Source: Macrostomum lignano (lineage: Eukaryota). Taken from it: a DNA stretch of 56,140 nucleotides. Below the pieces are notes generated by a model that worked only from the letters and a program-made list of their open reading frames with translations, was not told the origin of the DNA and did not search any database. A program made the position numbers and the translations under genes. Position 1 is the first letter of the stretch. Each line of letters begins with the position of its first letter. Below, in pieces: positions 1-12,100 of the stretch. The stretch spans positions 1 through 56,140 of the forward strand of contig NIVC01002031.1 of assembly GCA_002269645.1 (NCBI GenBank). Direction: 5' to 3'.

Positions 1-721
1 TGCTCAGGGTTTGTGTCTCTCATCTCTTGTCTCATATTTATCTGCTCTTATCTTCTCTCTCATCTCTTGTCTCATTTTTATCTGCTCTTATCTTCTCTCT
101 CATCTCTTGTCTCATTTTTATCTGCTCTTATCTTCTCTCTCATCTCTTGTCTCATTTTTATCTGCTCTTATCTTCTCTCTCATCTCTTGTCTCATTTTTC
201 TCTGCTCTTATCTTCTCTCTCATCTCTTGTCTCATTTTTCTCTGCTCTTATCTTCTCTCTCATCTCTTGTCTCATTTTTCTGCTCTTATCTTCTCTCTCA
301 TCTCTTGTCTCATTTTTCTCTGCTCTTATCTTCTCTCTCATCTCTTGTCTCATTTTTCTCTGCTCTTATCTTCTCTCTCATCTCTTGTCTCATTTTTCTC
401 TGCTCTTATCTTCTCTCTCATCTCTTGTCTCATTTTTCTCTGCTCTTATCTTCTCTCTCATCTCTTGTCTCATTTTTATCTGCTCTTATCTTCTCTCTCA
501 TCTCTTGTCTCATTTTTCTCTGCTCTTATCTTCTCTCTCATCTCTTGTCTCATTTTTATCTGCTCTTATCTTCTCTCTCATCTCTTGTCTCATTTTTATC
601 TGCTCTTATCTTCTCTCTCATCTCTTGTCTCATTTTTCTCTGTTCTTCTCTTCCATCTTCTTCCCCTCCACTTTTCTCTTCTCTCCCTCTCTTCTTCCCT
701 CCCTCTTTCCTCGCCTCGTCC

Positions 722-790
<69 letters not shown>
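1..790. repeat. 40-bp minisatellite (TCTGCTCTTATCTTCTCTCTCATCTCTTGTCTCATTTTT[A/C]), ~16 copies, followed by a (CT)n microsatellite
   Basis: The unit is directly visible from ~15 to ~640. (CT)n runs ~722-790. The ORFs here are repeat translations. Confidence 0.95.
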
Positions 791-792
<2 letters not shown>

Positions 793-1451
793 ACCATCTT
801 CTCTCCTACCTGGCCCGCAGCCATGAGCTGAATTATTTATCTGGCCGCTCAATGACCCGCAATGTCAGACAGGTGAGCTGCCGCTAAATGATCTCTCGTG
901 TGCAATTTACAAATAATTATCCAATTAGTAATACGGGACCCCAAAAGTTTTATACGGTATACACAAAACAGATAAATACGTACGCGCGTGTAGAACATAA
1001 CAGTATTTGTTAGCAATAGCTTTTACTGTATATAATTACATACATATTATTCATATGTTTTTGTTAAATAATTTTAAATATAACAACAAGTGGTCGACTA
1101 GATTGACTGTTTAGGGGGGGGGGGGGGCAGGGGGCCGTGACAACGCCAAATAGAGACTGACAGACGGACACAACATCTCGGGATTTGCGGGAGGCTGGCT
1201 GCGTCAAGAGAGACAGTGAGAGGAGCTGAGGCTGGGAGCTGCGGACCGCCAGCCACTTAGAGTTTGAAGCCAGCCCGCAGTGTAAAAAAGGCGAACCAAA
1301 ATAACAGATAGACAGTAAACTAACACAAACACTGCTGCAAATGTTGCAATTCAGTAACAGTATAAACATTATTGTCAGCTATTAATGATATAAATATCAA
1401 ACGGCTTGTCAGCTTCAAACGGACTCTGTTCAGTTAAATTGATAAACACTG

Positions 1452-2460
1452 GGCTGCCCCCCCTCCCCCAGATGCTTCAGAGGCCGCTGACTCCCCCCCA
1501 GATGCTTCAGAGGCCGCTGACTCCCCCCCAGATGCTTCAGTGGCTGCTGCCCTCCCCAGATGCTTCAGTGGCCGCTGCCCCTCGCCAATGGTTCAGAGGC
1601 CGCTGCCCCGCCCCCTCCCCAGATGCTTCAGTGGCTGCTGCCCCTCCCTTAGATGCTTCAGTGGCCGCTGCCCCCACCCCTCCCCAGATGCTTCAGTGGC
1701 CGCTGCCCCCTCGCCCAAATGGTTCAGAGGCCGCTGCCCCGCCCCCCCCCAGATGCTTCAGTGGCCGCTGCCCCGCCCCTCCCCAGATGCTTCAGTGGCC
1801 GCTGCCCCTCCCTTAGATGCTTCAGTGGCTGCTGCCCCTCCCCAGATGCTTCAGTGGCCGCTGCCCCCTCGCCCAAATGGTTCAGAGGCCGCTGCCCCTC
1901 GCCCAAATGGTTCAGAGGCCGCTGCCCCGCCCCCTCCCCAGATGCTTCAGTGGCCGCTGCCCCCTCGCCCAAATGGTTCAGTGGCCGCTGCCCGCCCCCT
2001 CCCCAGATGCTTCAGTGGCCGCTGCCCCCTCGCCCAAATGGTTCAGAGGCCGCCTGCCCCATTCCAGATGCTTCAGAGGCCGCTGACTCCCCCTCAGATG
2101 CTTAGAGGCCGCTGCCCATCCCCCAAATGCTTCAGTGGCCGCTGCCCCCTCGCCGCCCAAATGGTTCAGAGGCCGCTGCCCCCTTCCAGATGCTTCAGAG
2201 GCCGCTGACTCCCTCCTCCAGATGCTTCAGAGGCCGCTGCCCCCCTCCAGATGCTTCAGAGGCCGCTGCCCCCTCCCCAGATGCTTCAGTGGCCGCTGCC
2301 CCCTCGCCCAAATGGTTCAGAGGCCGCTGCCCCCTTCCAGATGCTTCAGAGGCCGCTGACTTCCCTCTCCAGATGCTTCAGAGGCCGCTGCCCATCCCCC
2401 AGATGCTTCAGAGGGCCCCTTTCCCCCTCCCCCAGATGCTTCAGAGGCCACTGCCCCCAG
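1452..2460. repeat. GC-rich degenerate minisatellite, ~27-30-bp units (CCCAGATGCTTCAGTGGCCGCTGCCCC with a CGCCCAAATGGTTCAGAGGCCGCTGCCCC variant)
   Basis: Two interspersed unit variants are visible throughout. Confidence 0.9.
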
Positions 2461-3100
2461 TTTAAGCTTCCAAACAAATTTCACCCACGTCATCAAGAAA
2501 ACCAGTGACGCTTAAAAAATAAAACGAGCTGACCGAATTAATTTCATTAATAACCAACGGCCGTTAGCAATCACAAAAGTACATAATAGAGGACGGGTGG
2601 GGAACACGAGCAACTGTTGGGAGGAGGGGATTAAGGACCGATACACTACAAAGACTAAGTCAGCTGCTGTTTAATCTACATTAATTAAACTACAATAGGC
2701 GGCAGTAGTCACAATTCTTAGAATAATAGAAAAACATTTAGCCGCAGCGCAAAATTCGAAACTGACTACTACTTTTTTGCGTTGTAAGTAGCAAGTGATG
2801 AAAAATTCGGCCTAAATTGAGGTTGTTTTTACCGCTTTATAAAGTATATTACTCTACATATCGGCAAGACCGAACTAATCTTTTAATACGCACTGACGAC
2901 TTGAATTGCGCTGAGCTGCGCGCCTCACTAATAAAAAATCGACAACACCCATAGACCAGAAACAAAAAAACAAACAAACACACACACACGTATGCATAAG
3001 TGTGTAGGTATATATATATATGCTATATAAATGTTGTCAACAAAACAGCGCCGCTAATCCCCTTTCCCATCTGGTCACAGTACTGGACAAAACTCATTAG

Positions 3101-6100
3101 TCACTGGCTCGGAGCCCTCGACGTGGCGGCCACAACGTCGGCGCAGCTGCTAGTCGGTGGCGCTAAATCGGCGCCGCCTCCGCCTCCGCCGGCGCCGCCA
3201 CCGAAGCACGACAGCACGCCGCCAGGTCCGTGAAACAGCTGCTGCTGCTGAGCCTGATGGTCGAACATCAGCGAAGAGGCCGACGACACGGCGAAGGCGA
3301 GTTCGGATAGCCCAGCATGGAGGTCTGACCGCCACCGCTGCTCCAGCAGAAATCGTTGCCGCTGGCTGGCGAAGAGTTCATCAGCGACTTCAAGTCCACC
3401 AGTTCGCGATCTTTGGTTTGAATCAGGTCTGCGAGCGGCGAGGGGTCGGTTTGGAAGGAGGTGCAGCCATTCTTGCTTGGGCTTTGACGATAAGTTTAGA
3501 CAAGCGTTACTTCTTCAGGTGCGATTTTCTATTGGTGTTAGGGGTGATTCCTATTGGGTTCAGGGGCGATTCTTATTGGACTCGGGGGGCGATTCTTATT
3601 GGACTCAGGGGCGATTCTTATTGGACTCGGGGGCGATTCTTATTGGACTCAGGGGCGATTCTTATTGGACTCGGGGGTGATTATTGTTGGGTTCAGGGGC
3701 GATTCTTATTGGACTCGGGGTGATTCTTATTGGACTCAGGGGCGATTCTTATTGGACTCAGGGGCGATTCTTATTGGACTCAGGGGCGATTCTTATTGGA
3801 CTCAGGGGTGATTCTTTTTGGGTTCAGGGGCGATTCTTATTGGACTCAGGGGTGATTCTTTTTGGGTTCAGGGGCGATTCTTATTGGACTCGGGGCGATT
3901 CTTATTGGACTCAGGGGCGATTCTTTTTGGGTTCAGGGGCGATTCTTTTTGGGTTCAGGGGCGATTCTTATTGGACTCGGGGCGATTCTTATTGGACTCA
4001 GGGGCGATTCTTATTGGACTCGGGGTGATTATTGTTGGGTTCAGGCGATTCTTATTGGACTCAGGGGCGATTCTTATTGGACTCAGGGGTGATTATTGTT
4101 GGGTTCAGGCGATTCTTATTGGACTCAGGGATGATTATTGTTGGGTTCAGGGGCGATTCTTATTGGACTCAGGGGCGATTCTTTTTGGACTCAGGGGTGA
4201 TTCTTATTGGACTCAGGGGCGATTCTTATTGGACTCAGGGATGATTATTGTTGGGTTCAGGGGCGATTCTTATTGGACTCGGGGGTGATTATTGTTGGGT
4301 TCAGGGCGATTCTTATTGGACTCAGGGCGATTCTTATTGGACTCAGGGGTGATTCTTGGACTCAGGAGGCGATTTTCATTGGGCTCATGGGGATTTTTTT
4401 GGACTTGTGAGGCGAGTATTCTCAAGGTTGATTGGCGATCACTCATTCCTTCGCGGGTTCACAGAACACTCACTCTGAAAATAGTCGATATCCCTGCGCG
4501 CCTTGTGCAGCGCGGACAGCAGGTCCTGCTTCATCTTGTTCTCATCGCGCAGAGCCTGGTCCAGCACGGCGTTCTTTTCCTTCATGGCGTTGAGCGCCGT
4601 CATCAGCACCTCGCGCTCGCGGCTCTCCTCGCGCATCTTGGCCAACTCGCGCAGCTCAACTTCGCGCGCTCGCGCCGTTTCATCTTTTGCGCGCAGCTCC
4701 CTACGAGCGGCCTTGAGCTCGGACTCAAGCTGGGATCTGACGGAGGAGGAAGAGTGCAGGGATCTTGGCTTAATGGGAAGAATAGTGTAGTGCTATAGTC
4801 TCGACCCTAAGAATCCAGCAGGAATCTCACCCCTAATAAGAATCTAATCAGGAATCTCACCCCTAATGAGAATTTAATCAGGAATCTCTCCCCCAATAAG
4901 AATCAAATCAGGAATCTCACCCCTAATAAGAATCAAACCAGGAATCTCACCCCTAATGAGAAATGAGAATCAAATAAGGAATCTCACCCCTAAAAAAACT
5001 CGATCAGGAATCTCATCCCTAATAGGAATCTAATCAGATCTCACCCCTATTGAGAATCAAATCAGGAATCTCAACCCCAATAAGAATCAAATCAGGAATC
5101 TCACCCCTAATGAGAATCAAATCAGGAATCTCACCCCTAATAAAACTCGATCAAGAATCTCATCCCTAGTAAGAATCAAATCAGGAATCTCACCCCTATT
5201 GAGAATCAAATCAGGAATCTCACTTCTAGTAAGAATCAAATCAGGAATCTCACCCCTAATGAGAATCAAATCGGGAATCTCACCCTCAATAAGAATCAAA
5301 TCAGGAATCTCACCCCTAATAAAACTCGATCAGGAATCTCATCCCTAGTAAGAATCAAATCAGGAATCTCACCCCTAATGAGAATCAAATCAAGAATCTC
5401 ACCCCTAAGAGTTCATTTAAAATATCAAGCTCGAACCGCAGCACTCACCGTCGGACCGGCAGTGCTCAGAGGTACACTCGTTGCTCTGTCTGACGGTGCA
5501 CAGATTCGACAGCAGCTCCTCCTTGGCTCGCCTCTCCCTATCCAGAGCCGCCTCAGTAGCCTGTCTGACCTTCCGCTCTTCCGCCAGCTTCTTCTCCAAC
5601 TGCTGGCAGTTGGCCTTGTCAGTCTGGCTCCGCTGTACAAGATTGTGCAGCCGATTCTGCAAAGACTCATTGTCCTGCCGAACCGAGCTCAGCTCCATGC
5701 GCACCTGCTTCTCTGCCCCGGCCAGATTGGCCAGCTGAGAGCGCAGATCCGATTCGACGCTTCTTGAGGATTGCAGATCGCCGCGAAGGCGCTTCACGTC
5801 TGTCTCCAGGCGCTGGTAGCACGGGTCAGTGTTCAGCACCTGGGGGTAGGCGGGAAGGTCAGGATTTGGCGTGACAATGAGGAGAGGGAAACAATAGATA
5901 GAATGGATACAGAACAGGTTAAATTGGGTGTGAACAGAGATAGAATGGATGGGAATGGGGATAGATGTGCATTTTGAATAGAACGGGTATGAACGGGGAG
6001 ACAGTGCGCGTGAACGGGGATAGAATAGGTGTGAACGGGGATAGAATAGGTGTGAACGGGGATAGAATAGGTGTGAACGGGGATAGAATAGGTGTGAACG

Positions 6101-9100
6101 GGGATAGAATAGGTGTGAACGGGGATAGAATAGGTGTGAACGGGGATAGAATAGGTGTGAACGGGGATAGAATAGGTGTGAACGGGGATAGAATAGGTGT
6201 GAACAGGGATAAATTGGGTGTGAACGGGGATAGAATGGGTGTGAATGGGGATAAAATGGGTGTGAACGGGGATAGAATGGGTGTGAACGGGATTCGGAAG
6301 CTAGAAACGGTGTGAAAAGATGCACCCCGCGACACGAAAATTTAAACAGGCAGCGTAAACAAAAAAAATTTCATTCCTCACCTTCTTCTTCGGGCCGTCC
6401 TTTCCGCCGCCGCTCCCGCCGCCGCCCCCGAGCTTCTTCACATTCTTATAGCTGGTCTTGGCGCACGCTGAGTTCGACTCCTCCTCGTGCTGCGGTGCGT
6501 TCAAATTTACATCCGGCCTCTGTTGCTGCTGCTGTTGTTGCTGCTGTTGCTGCTTCTCGCAGAACTCTTGACTGCCTGCGCTGTCGTCGTGGCCCGACGC
6601 AACCGAGGCCGCTGCCGCCGCCGCCGCTGCCAGCTTCTTCATCAGGCCGACACCGCCACCGCCGCCGCCAGCAGCCGTGATAGCCGAGGTCACGGAAGTC
6701 GCAGTGGCATCGTCGCCGTCAACAATCTCATTGTAATGCCCATTGTGCTGCGCCTCTTCGCTGTCTAGACCGGCGCCTCCGCTGCCATTACCGATGCTGC
6801 CGTTGGTCTCGGAGGGCGGCAGGCCCAGCGCCTTGTCCAGCAAGTCGAAGTGGAAACTGTTGCGCTGCCGCACCTGAGCGATTGAGCAGGTGAGATTTTG
6901 GGTGCGGTCAATCGGATTCTCAAATAGGTCAGGGGAGGGATTCCCAAATAGGTCAGGGGAGGGATTCCCAAATAGGTCAGGGGAGGGATTCCCAAATAGG
7001 TCAGGGGAGGGATTCCCAAATAGGTCAGGGGAGGGATTCCCAAATGGGTCAGGGGAGGGATTCCCAAATGGGTCAGGGGAGGGATTCCCAAATGGGTCAG
7101 GGGAGGGATTCCCAAATGGGTCAGGGGAGGGATTCCCAAATGGGTCAGGGGGTTTCAAATGGGTCAAGGGGCGATACTCAAATGGGTCAAGGGGCGATTC
7201 TTAAATACGTCAGAGGAGGGATTCCCAAATGGATCAAGGGAGGGGAATTCCAAATAGGTGACAGCAAGGGCGAGTTCAAGCCCCCAAAAAGGGGATGGCG
7301 TGCCAGTACATAGCTAATAGTATATCTCACCTCATGCTGCTTCCGCAATCGATACCGATAGCACAGGTAAGTCTTGAATCCAAAGCCCAGCGTCACAATG
7401 GGATAGCCAATAGAGTGGGCGGCGAACGGCCGGCACAGGTCTACGTTAAACGGCAGATTCCGCATCTGACGCAGTCGGATGGAAAATTCTACGTAGACAA
7501 ATAGGGTCCAGAGCAGAATGGTAGGGATGCTGACTCCGCGCTCTGCGATTGGAGAAAATGTGCATGCATAGATGAAATTAATCGCCCCACAGACCCCTGA
7601 AAGAACCGCCTCACAGAACCCTTAGGAACCGCCTCACAACCCCCTTCAAGAACCGCCTCACAACCCCCTTCAAGAACCGCCCCACAACCCCCTTCAAGAA
7701 CCGCCTCACAACCCCCTTCAAGAACCGCCCCACAAACCCCTTCAAGAACCGCCTCACAGAACCCTTAGGAACCGCCTCACAACCCCTTCAAGAACCGCCT
7801 CACAACCCCCTTCAAGAACCGCCTCACAACCCCTTCAAGAACCGCCCCACAACCCCCTTCAAGAACCGCCTCACAACCCCCTTCAAGAACCGCCCCACAA
7901 CCCCCTTCAAGAACCGCCCCACAAACCCCTTCAAGAACCGCCTCACAGAACCCTTAGGAACCGCCTCACAACCCCTTCAAGAACCGCCTCACAACCCCCT
8001 TCAAGAACCGCCTCACAACCCCCTTCAAGAACCGCCCCACAACCCCCTTCAAGAACCGCCTCACAACCCCCTTCAAGAACCGCCTCACAACCCCCTTCAA
8101 GAACCGCCTCACAACCCCCTTCAAGAACCGCCCCACAACCCCCTTCAAGAACCGCCTCACAACCCCCTTCAAGAACCGCCTCACAACCCCCTTCATGAAC
8201 CGCCCCACAACCCCCTTCAAGAACCGCCTCACAACCCCCTTCAAGAACCGCCCCACAACCCCCTTCAAGAACCGCCCCACAACCCCCTTCAAGAACCGCC
8301 TCACAAACGCCTTCAAGAATCGCCTCACTAATTCCTTCACAATCTCCCTACAAACTGTTTCAGAATCTCCCTACAAAACTGTTTCAGAATCTCCCTACAA
8401 ACTGTCTACAAATGGCCCTACAAAACTGATTCAGAATGGCCCTACAAAACTGTTTCAGAATGGCCCTACGAAACTGTTTCAGAATGGCCCTACAAAACTG
8501 ATTCAGAATGGCCCTACAAAACTGATTCAGAATGGCCCTACAAAACTGATTCAGAATGGCCCTACAAAACTGTTTCAGAATGGCCCTACAAAACTGATTC
8601 AGAATGGCCCTACAAAACTGATTCAGAATGGCCCTACAAAACTGATTCAGAATGGCCCTACAAAACTGATTCAGAATGGCCCTACAAAACTGTTTCAGAA
8701 TGGCCCTACAAAACTGTTTCAGAATGGCCCTACAAAACTGATTCAGAATCTCCCTACAAAACTGATTCAGAATGGCCCTACAAAACTGTTTCAGAATGGC
8801 CCTACAAAACTGATTCAGAATCTCCCTACGAAACTGTTTCAGAATGGCCCTACAAAACTGTATCAGAATGGCCCTACAAAACTGATTCAGAATCTCCCTA
8901 CAAAACTGTTTCAGAATGGCCCTACAAAACTGTTTCAGAATCTCCCTACAAAACTGTTTCAGAATGGCCCTACAAAACTGATTCAGAATGGCCCAACAAA
9001 ACTGTTTCAGAATGGCCCTACAAAACTGTTTCAGAATGGCCCTACAAAACTGATTCAGAATCTCCCTACAAAACTGTTTCAGAATGGCCCTACAAAACTG

Positions 9101-12100
9101 ATTCAGAATGGCCCTACAAAACTGTTTCAGAATGGCCCTACAAAACTGTTTCAGAATGGCCCTACAAAACTGATTCAGAATCTCCCTACAAAACTGATTC
9201 AGAATGGCCCTACAAAACTGTATCAGAATCTCCCTACAAAACTGTTTCAGAATGGCCCTACAAAACTGTATCAGAATGGCCCTACAAAACTGATTCAGAA
9301 TCTCCCTACAAAACTGTTTCAGAATGGCCCTACAAAACTGTTTCAGAATCTCCCTACAAAACTGATTCAGAATGGCCCTACAAAACTGTTTCAGAATGGC
9401 CCTACAAAACTGTTTCAGAATGGCCCTACAAAACTGATTCAGAATCTCCCTACAAAACTGTTTCAGAATGGCCCTACAAAACTGTATCAGAATGGCCCTA
9501 CAAAACTGTTTCAGAATCTCCCTACAAAACTGTTTCAGAATGGCCCTACAAAACTGTTTCAGAATGGCCCTACAAAACTGTTTCAGAATCTCCCTACAAA
9601 ACTGTTTCAGAATGGCCCTACAAAACTGTTTCAGAATGGCCCAACAAAACTGTTTCAGAATGGCCCTACAAAACTGTTTCAGAATGGCCCTACAAAACTG
9701 TTTCAGAATGGCCCTACAAAACTGATTCAGAATCTCCCTACAAAACTGATTCAGAATGGCCCTACAAAACTGTTTCAGAATGGCCCTACAAAACTGATTC
9801 AGAATCTCCCTACAAAACTGTTTCAGAATGGCCCTACAAAACTGATTCAGAATCTCCCTACAAAACTGATTCAGAATCTCCCTACAAAACTGTTTCAGAA
9901 TGGCCCTACAAAACTGATTCAGAATCTCCCTACAAAACTGTTTCAGAATGGCCCTACAAAACTGTTTCAGAATGGCCCTACAAAACTGTTTCAGAATCTC
10001 CCTACAAAACTGTTTCAGAATGGCCCTACAAAACTGTTTCAGAATGGCCCAACAAAACTGTTTCAGATTTCAGAATGGCCCTACAAAACTGATTCAGAAT
10101 GGCCCTACAAAACTGATTCAGAATCTCCCTACAAAACTGATTCAGAATCTCCCTACAAAACTGTTTCAGAATGGCCCTACAAAACTGTTTCAGAATGGCC
10201 CAACAAAACTGTTTCAGATTTCAGAATGGCCCTACAAAACTGATTCAGAATGGCCCTACAAAACTGATTCAGAATCTCCCTACAAAACTGTTTCAGAATC
10301 TCCCTACAAAACTGATTCAGAATCTCAGTACAAAACTGTTTCAGAATCTGCCTACAAAACTGTTTCAGAATCTCCCTCTAATCCTTCTATAAACGTGCTC
10401 GCCACTCAAGAAAGGCTCACCTGAATTCCAGACGAACTGCACCCACACGTAGGTGCTGGCCAAGAAGAACAACCAGTGCACGGGAACAAAAAGGTACAAG
10501 ATGACATCTGATGTGAGACCGAGGCATAAAAAGAACAGCAGGAACATAATACCCTGGTAGCGATAGGAGTCATGGAGGGAGCGCAGCAGGAGCCAACAGG
10601 GCCACAGATATTCGAAGCGGAATTCCAATAGAAAGTCGAGCATAAGTACGACAGCCCATATCAGCAGGAACTTCAGGTATAGCAGGACACTGTTGGTGAG
10701 GTTAAAATCAATAATTTTAACATTTAGTGACAACTAGAGCATAAAACTAATACTCATAGTTCTCTCTATAAGACAGAGACAAAGATAAATTAGCCTGGTA
10801 TAATTATAATTATAAGTTATATATGTTATAATTCATTCTACCTTGCAAAAAATTGAATATGAATAGTTGATAATAAAAATATACTTAAATTGCATAGTAT
10901 TTAAGTTAAAGGAAACAAGATGCCACCAGCTTCTAACATTGGTTTTTTCTAGTGTCTATAGCATATAATTCTAGTATGTAGAATGCTAGGCAAGCTTGGG
11001 CGCAACCTAGGGATTCACCCGGCTGTTTCTATTGGCAACACACACATGTAAGTCACTATTGGACAGAATAGTAGTCACGTGACTACTCTCAGCCAATAGT
11101 GACTTACATGTGTGTGTTGCCAATAGAAACGGCTGGATGATTCCCAAGGTTGTGCATGTATGATGCTAGGTAAAGTTTTTATTACAATATCAATTGATGA
11201 TTATAGTAATATTTTTTATTCCTTGGTTAAATATAAAACAATAACATTCTAATATTCTACTAGCCAACCTGACTGATCTAGCTGGCAAGGGGCCTAACCA
11301 AGGTAGATTGCAAAAATGCCTACCCAAAAACACATGTAATACTAACTAAATGATAAAGGGCCATTCCATATAATTATGGTTGTAACATGACAGACTATTT
11401 TACTTATAAAATGAAATCTAATAATAGAATATACTAAACCAATATTTTGAATGAAATATTATTTTGTCAAGAATATGTTTATAAAGTTTCATATAGATAT
11501 CATCATTAGTATAGATGCTATTAAACCTTGAATGGCACTTATGGTTATAACAACAGGATTTTTGACATATAGAAACTAAAAGGTAAAAGTCTTATAACAT
11601 TTTTCATTTTTGATTTTTTGCAATAATTTTTTTTAAATTTGACTAAGAACATCTTTAGAAGTCATACTCTTTTATTAATATATATAAACTCAAAAAGGCA
11701 ACAAAGATACAAAAGAAAAGGCAGCCTTATGGTTGTAACAATATGGTCCTAACATATTTTTTTCTGTCAATTCAGTAACTTCAAGGTACCAATATATTAA
11801 AAATATAATAGATTATATGGTTGCTAATGTTTTTATCTGATGATGCAGGTACTATAATTTTATATATAGTTTGTTTTAACCTTCTAAAGCTTTCTATTTG
11901 TTTTTAAAAGGTACATAAACTTAATGATGTCTTTCGCTTAGAAAATGTCCAATTTTTTACAAAAATAACTTTTTGCCAATTGATGACATACTAATCCAAC
12001 ATTTTATCATTTATTTATTCTTAAATTGTATACATTACATACAAAAAAGATTTGGTAAAAAAAATTGGCTGATAAGGCAATGACAAGCAAAAATATTGAA

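Noticed and set aside
1447-2507. CACTGG...CCAGTG as transposon termini around the GC-rich array
   Set aside because: Only a 6-bp match with no TSD.
8195-10243. 682-aa ORF of QNGPTKL repeats
   Set aside because: It is the stop-free translation of a 21-bp intronic minisatellite antisense to macoilin. The same applies to ORFs at 11-887, 1406-2508, 3477-4410, 16912-17620, 22768-23482, 24799-25342, 27124-28176 and 28638-29267.
3523-10378. Repeat arrays resembling CRISPR
   Set aside because: Units are head-to-tail with no unique spacers, there are no cas genes, and the context is eukaryotic introns.
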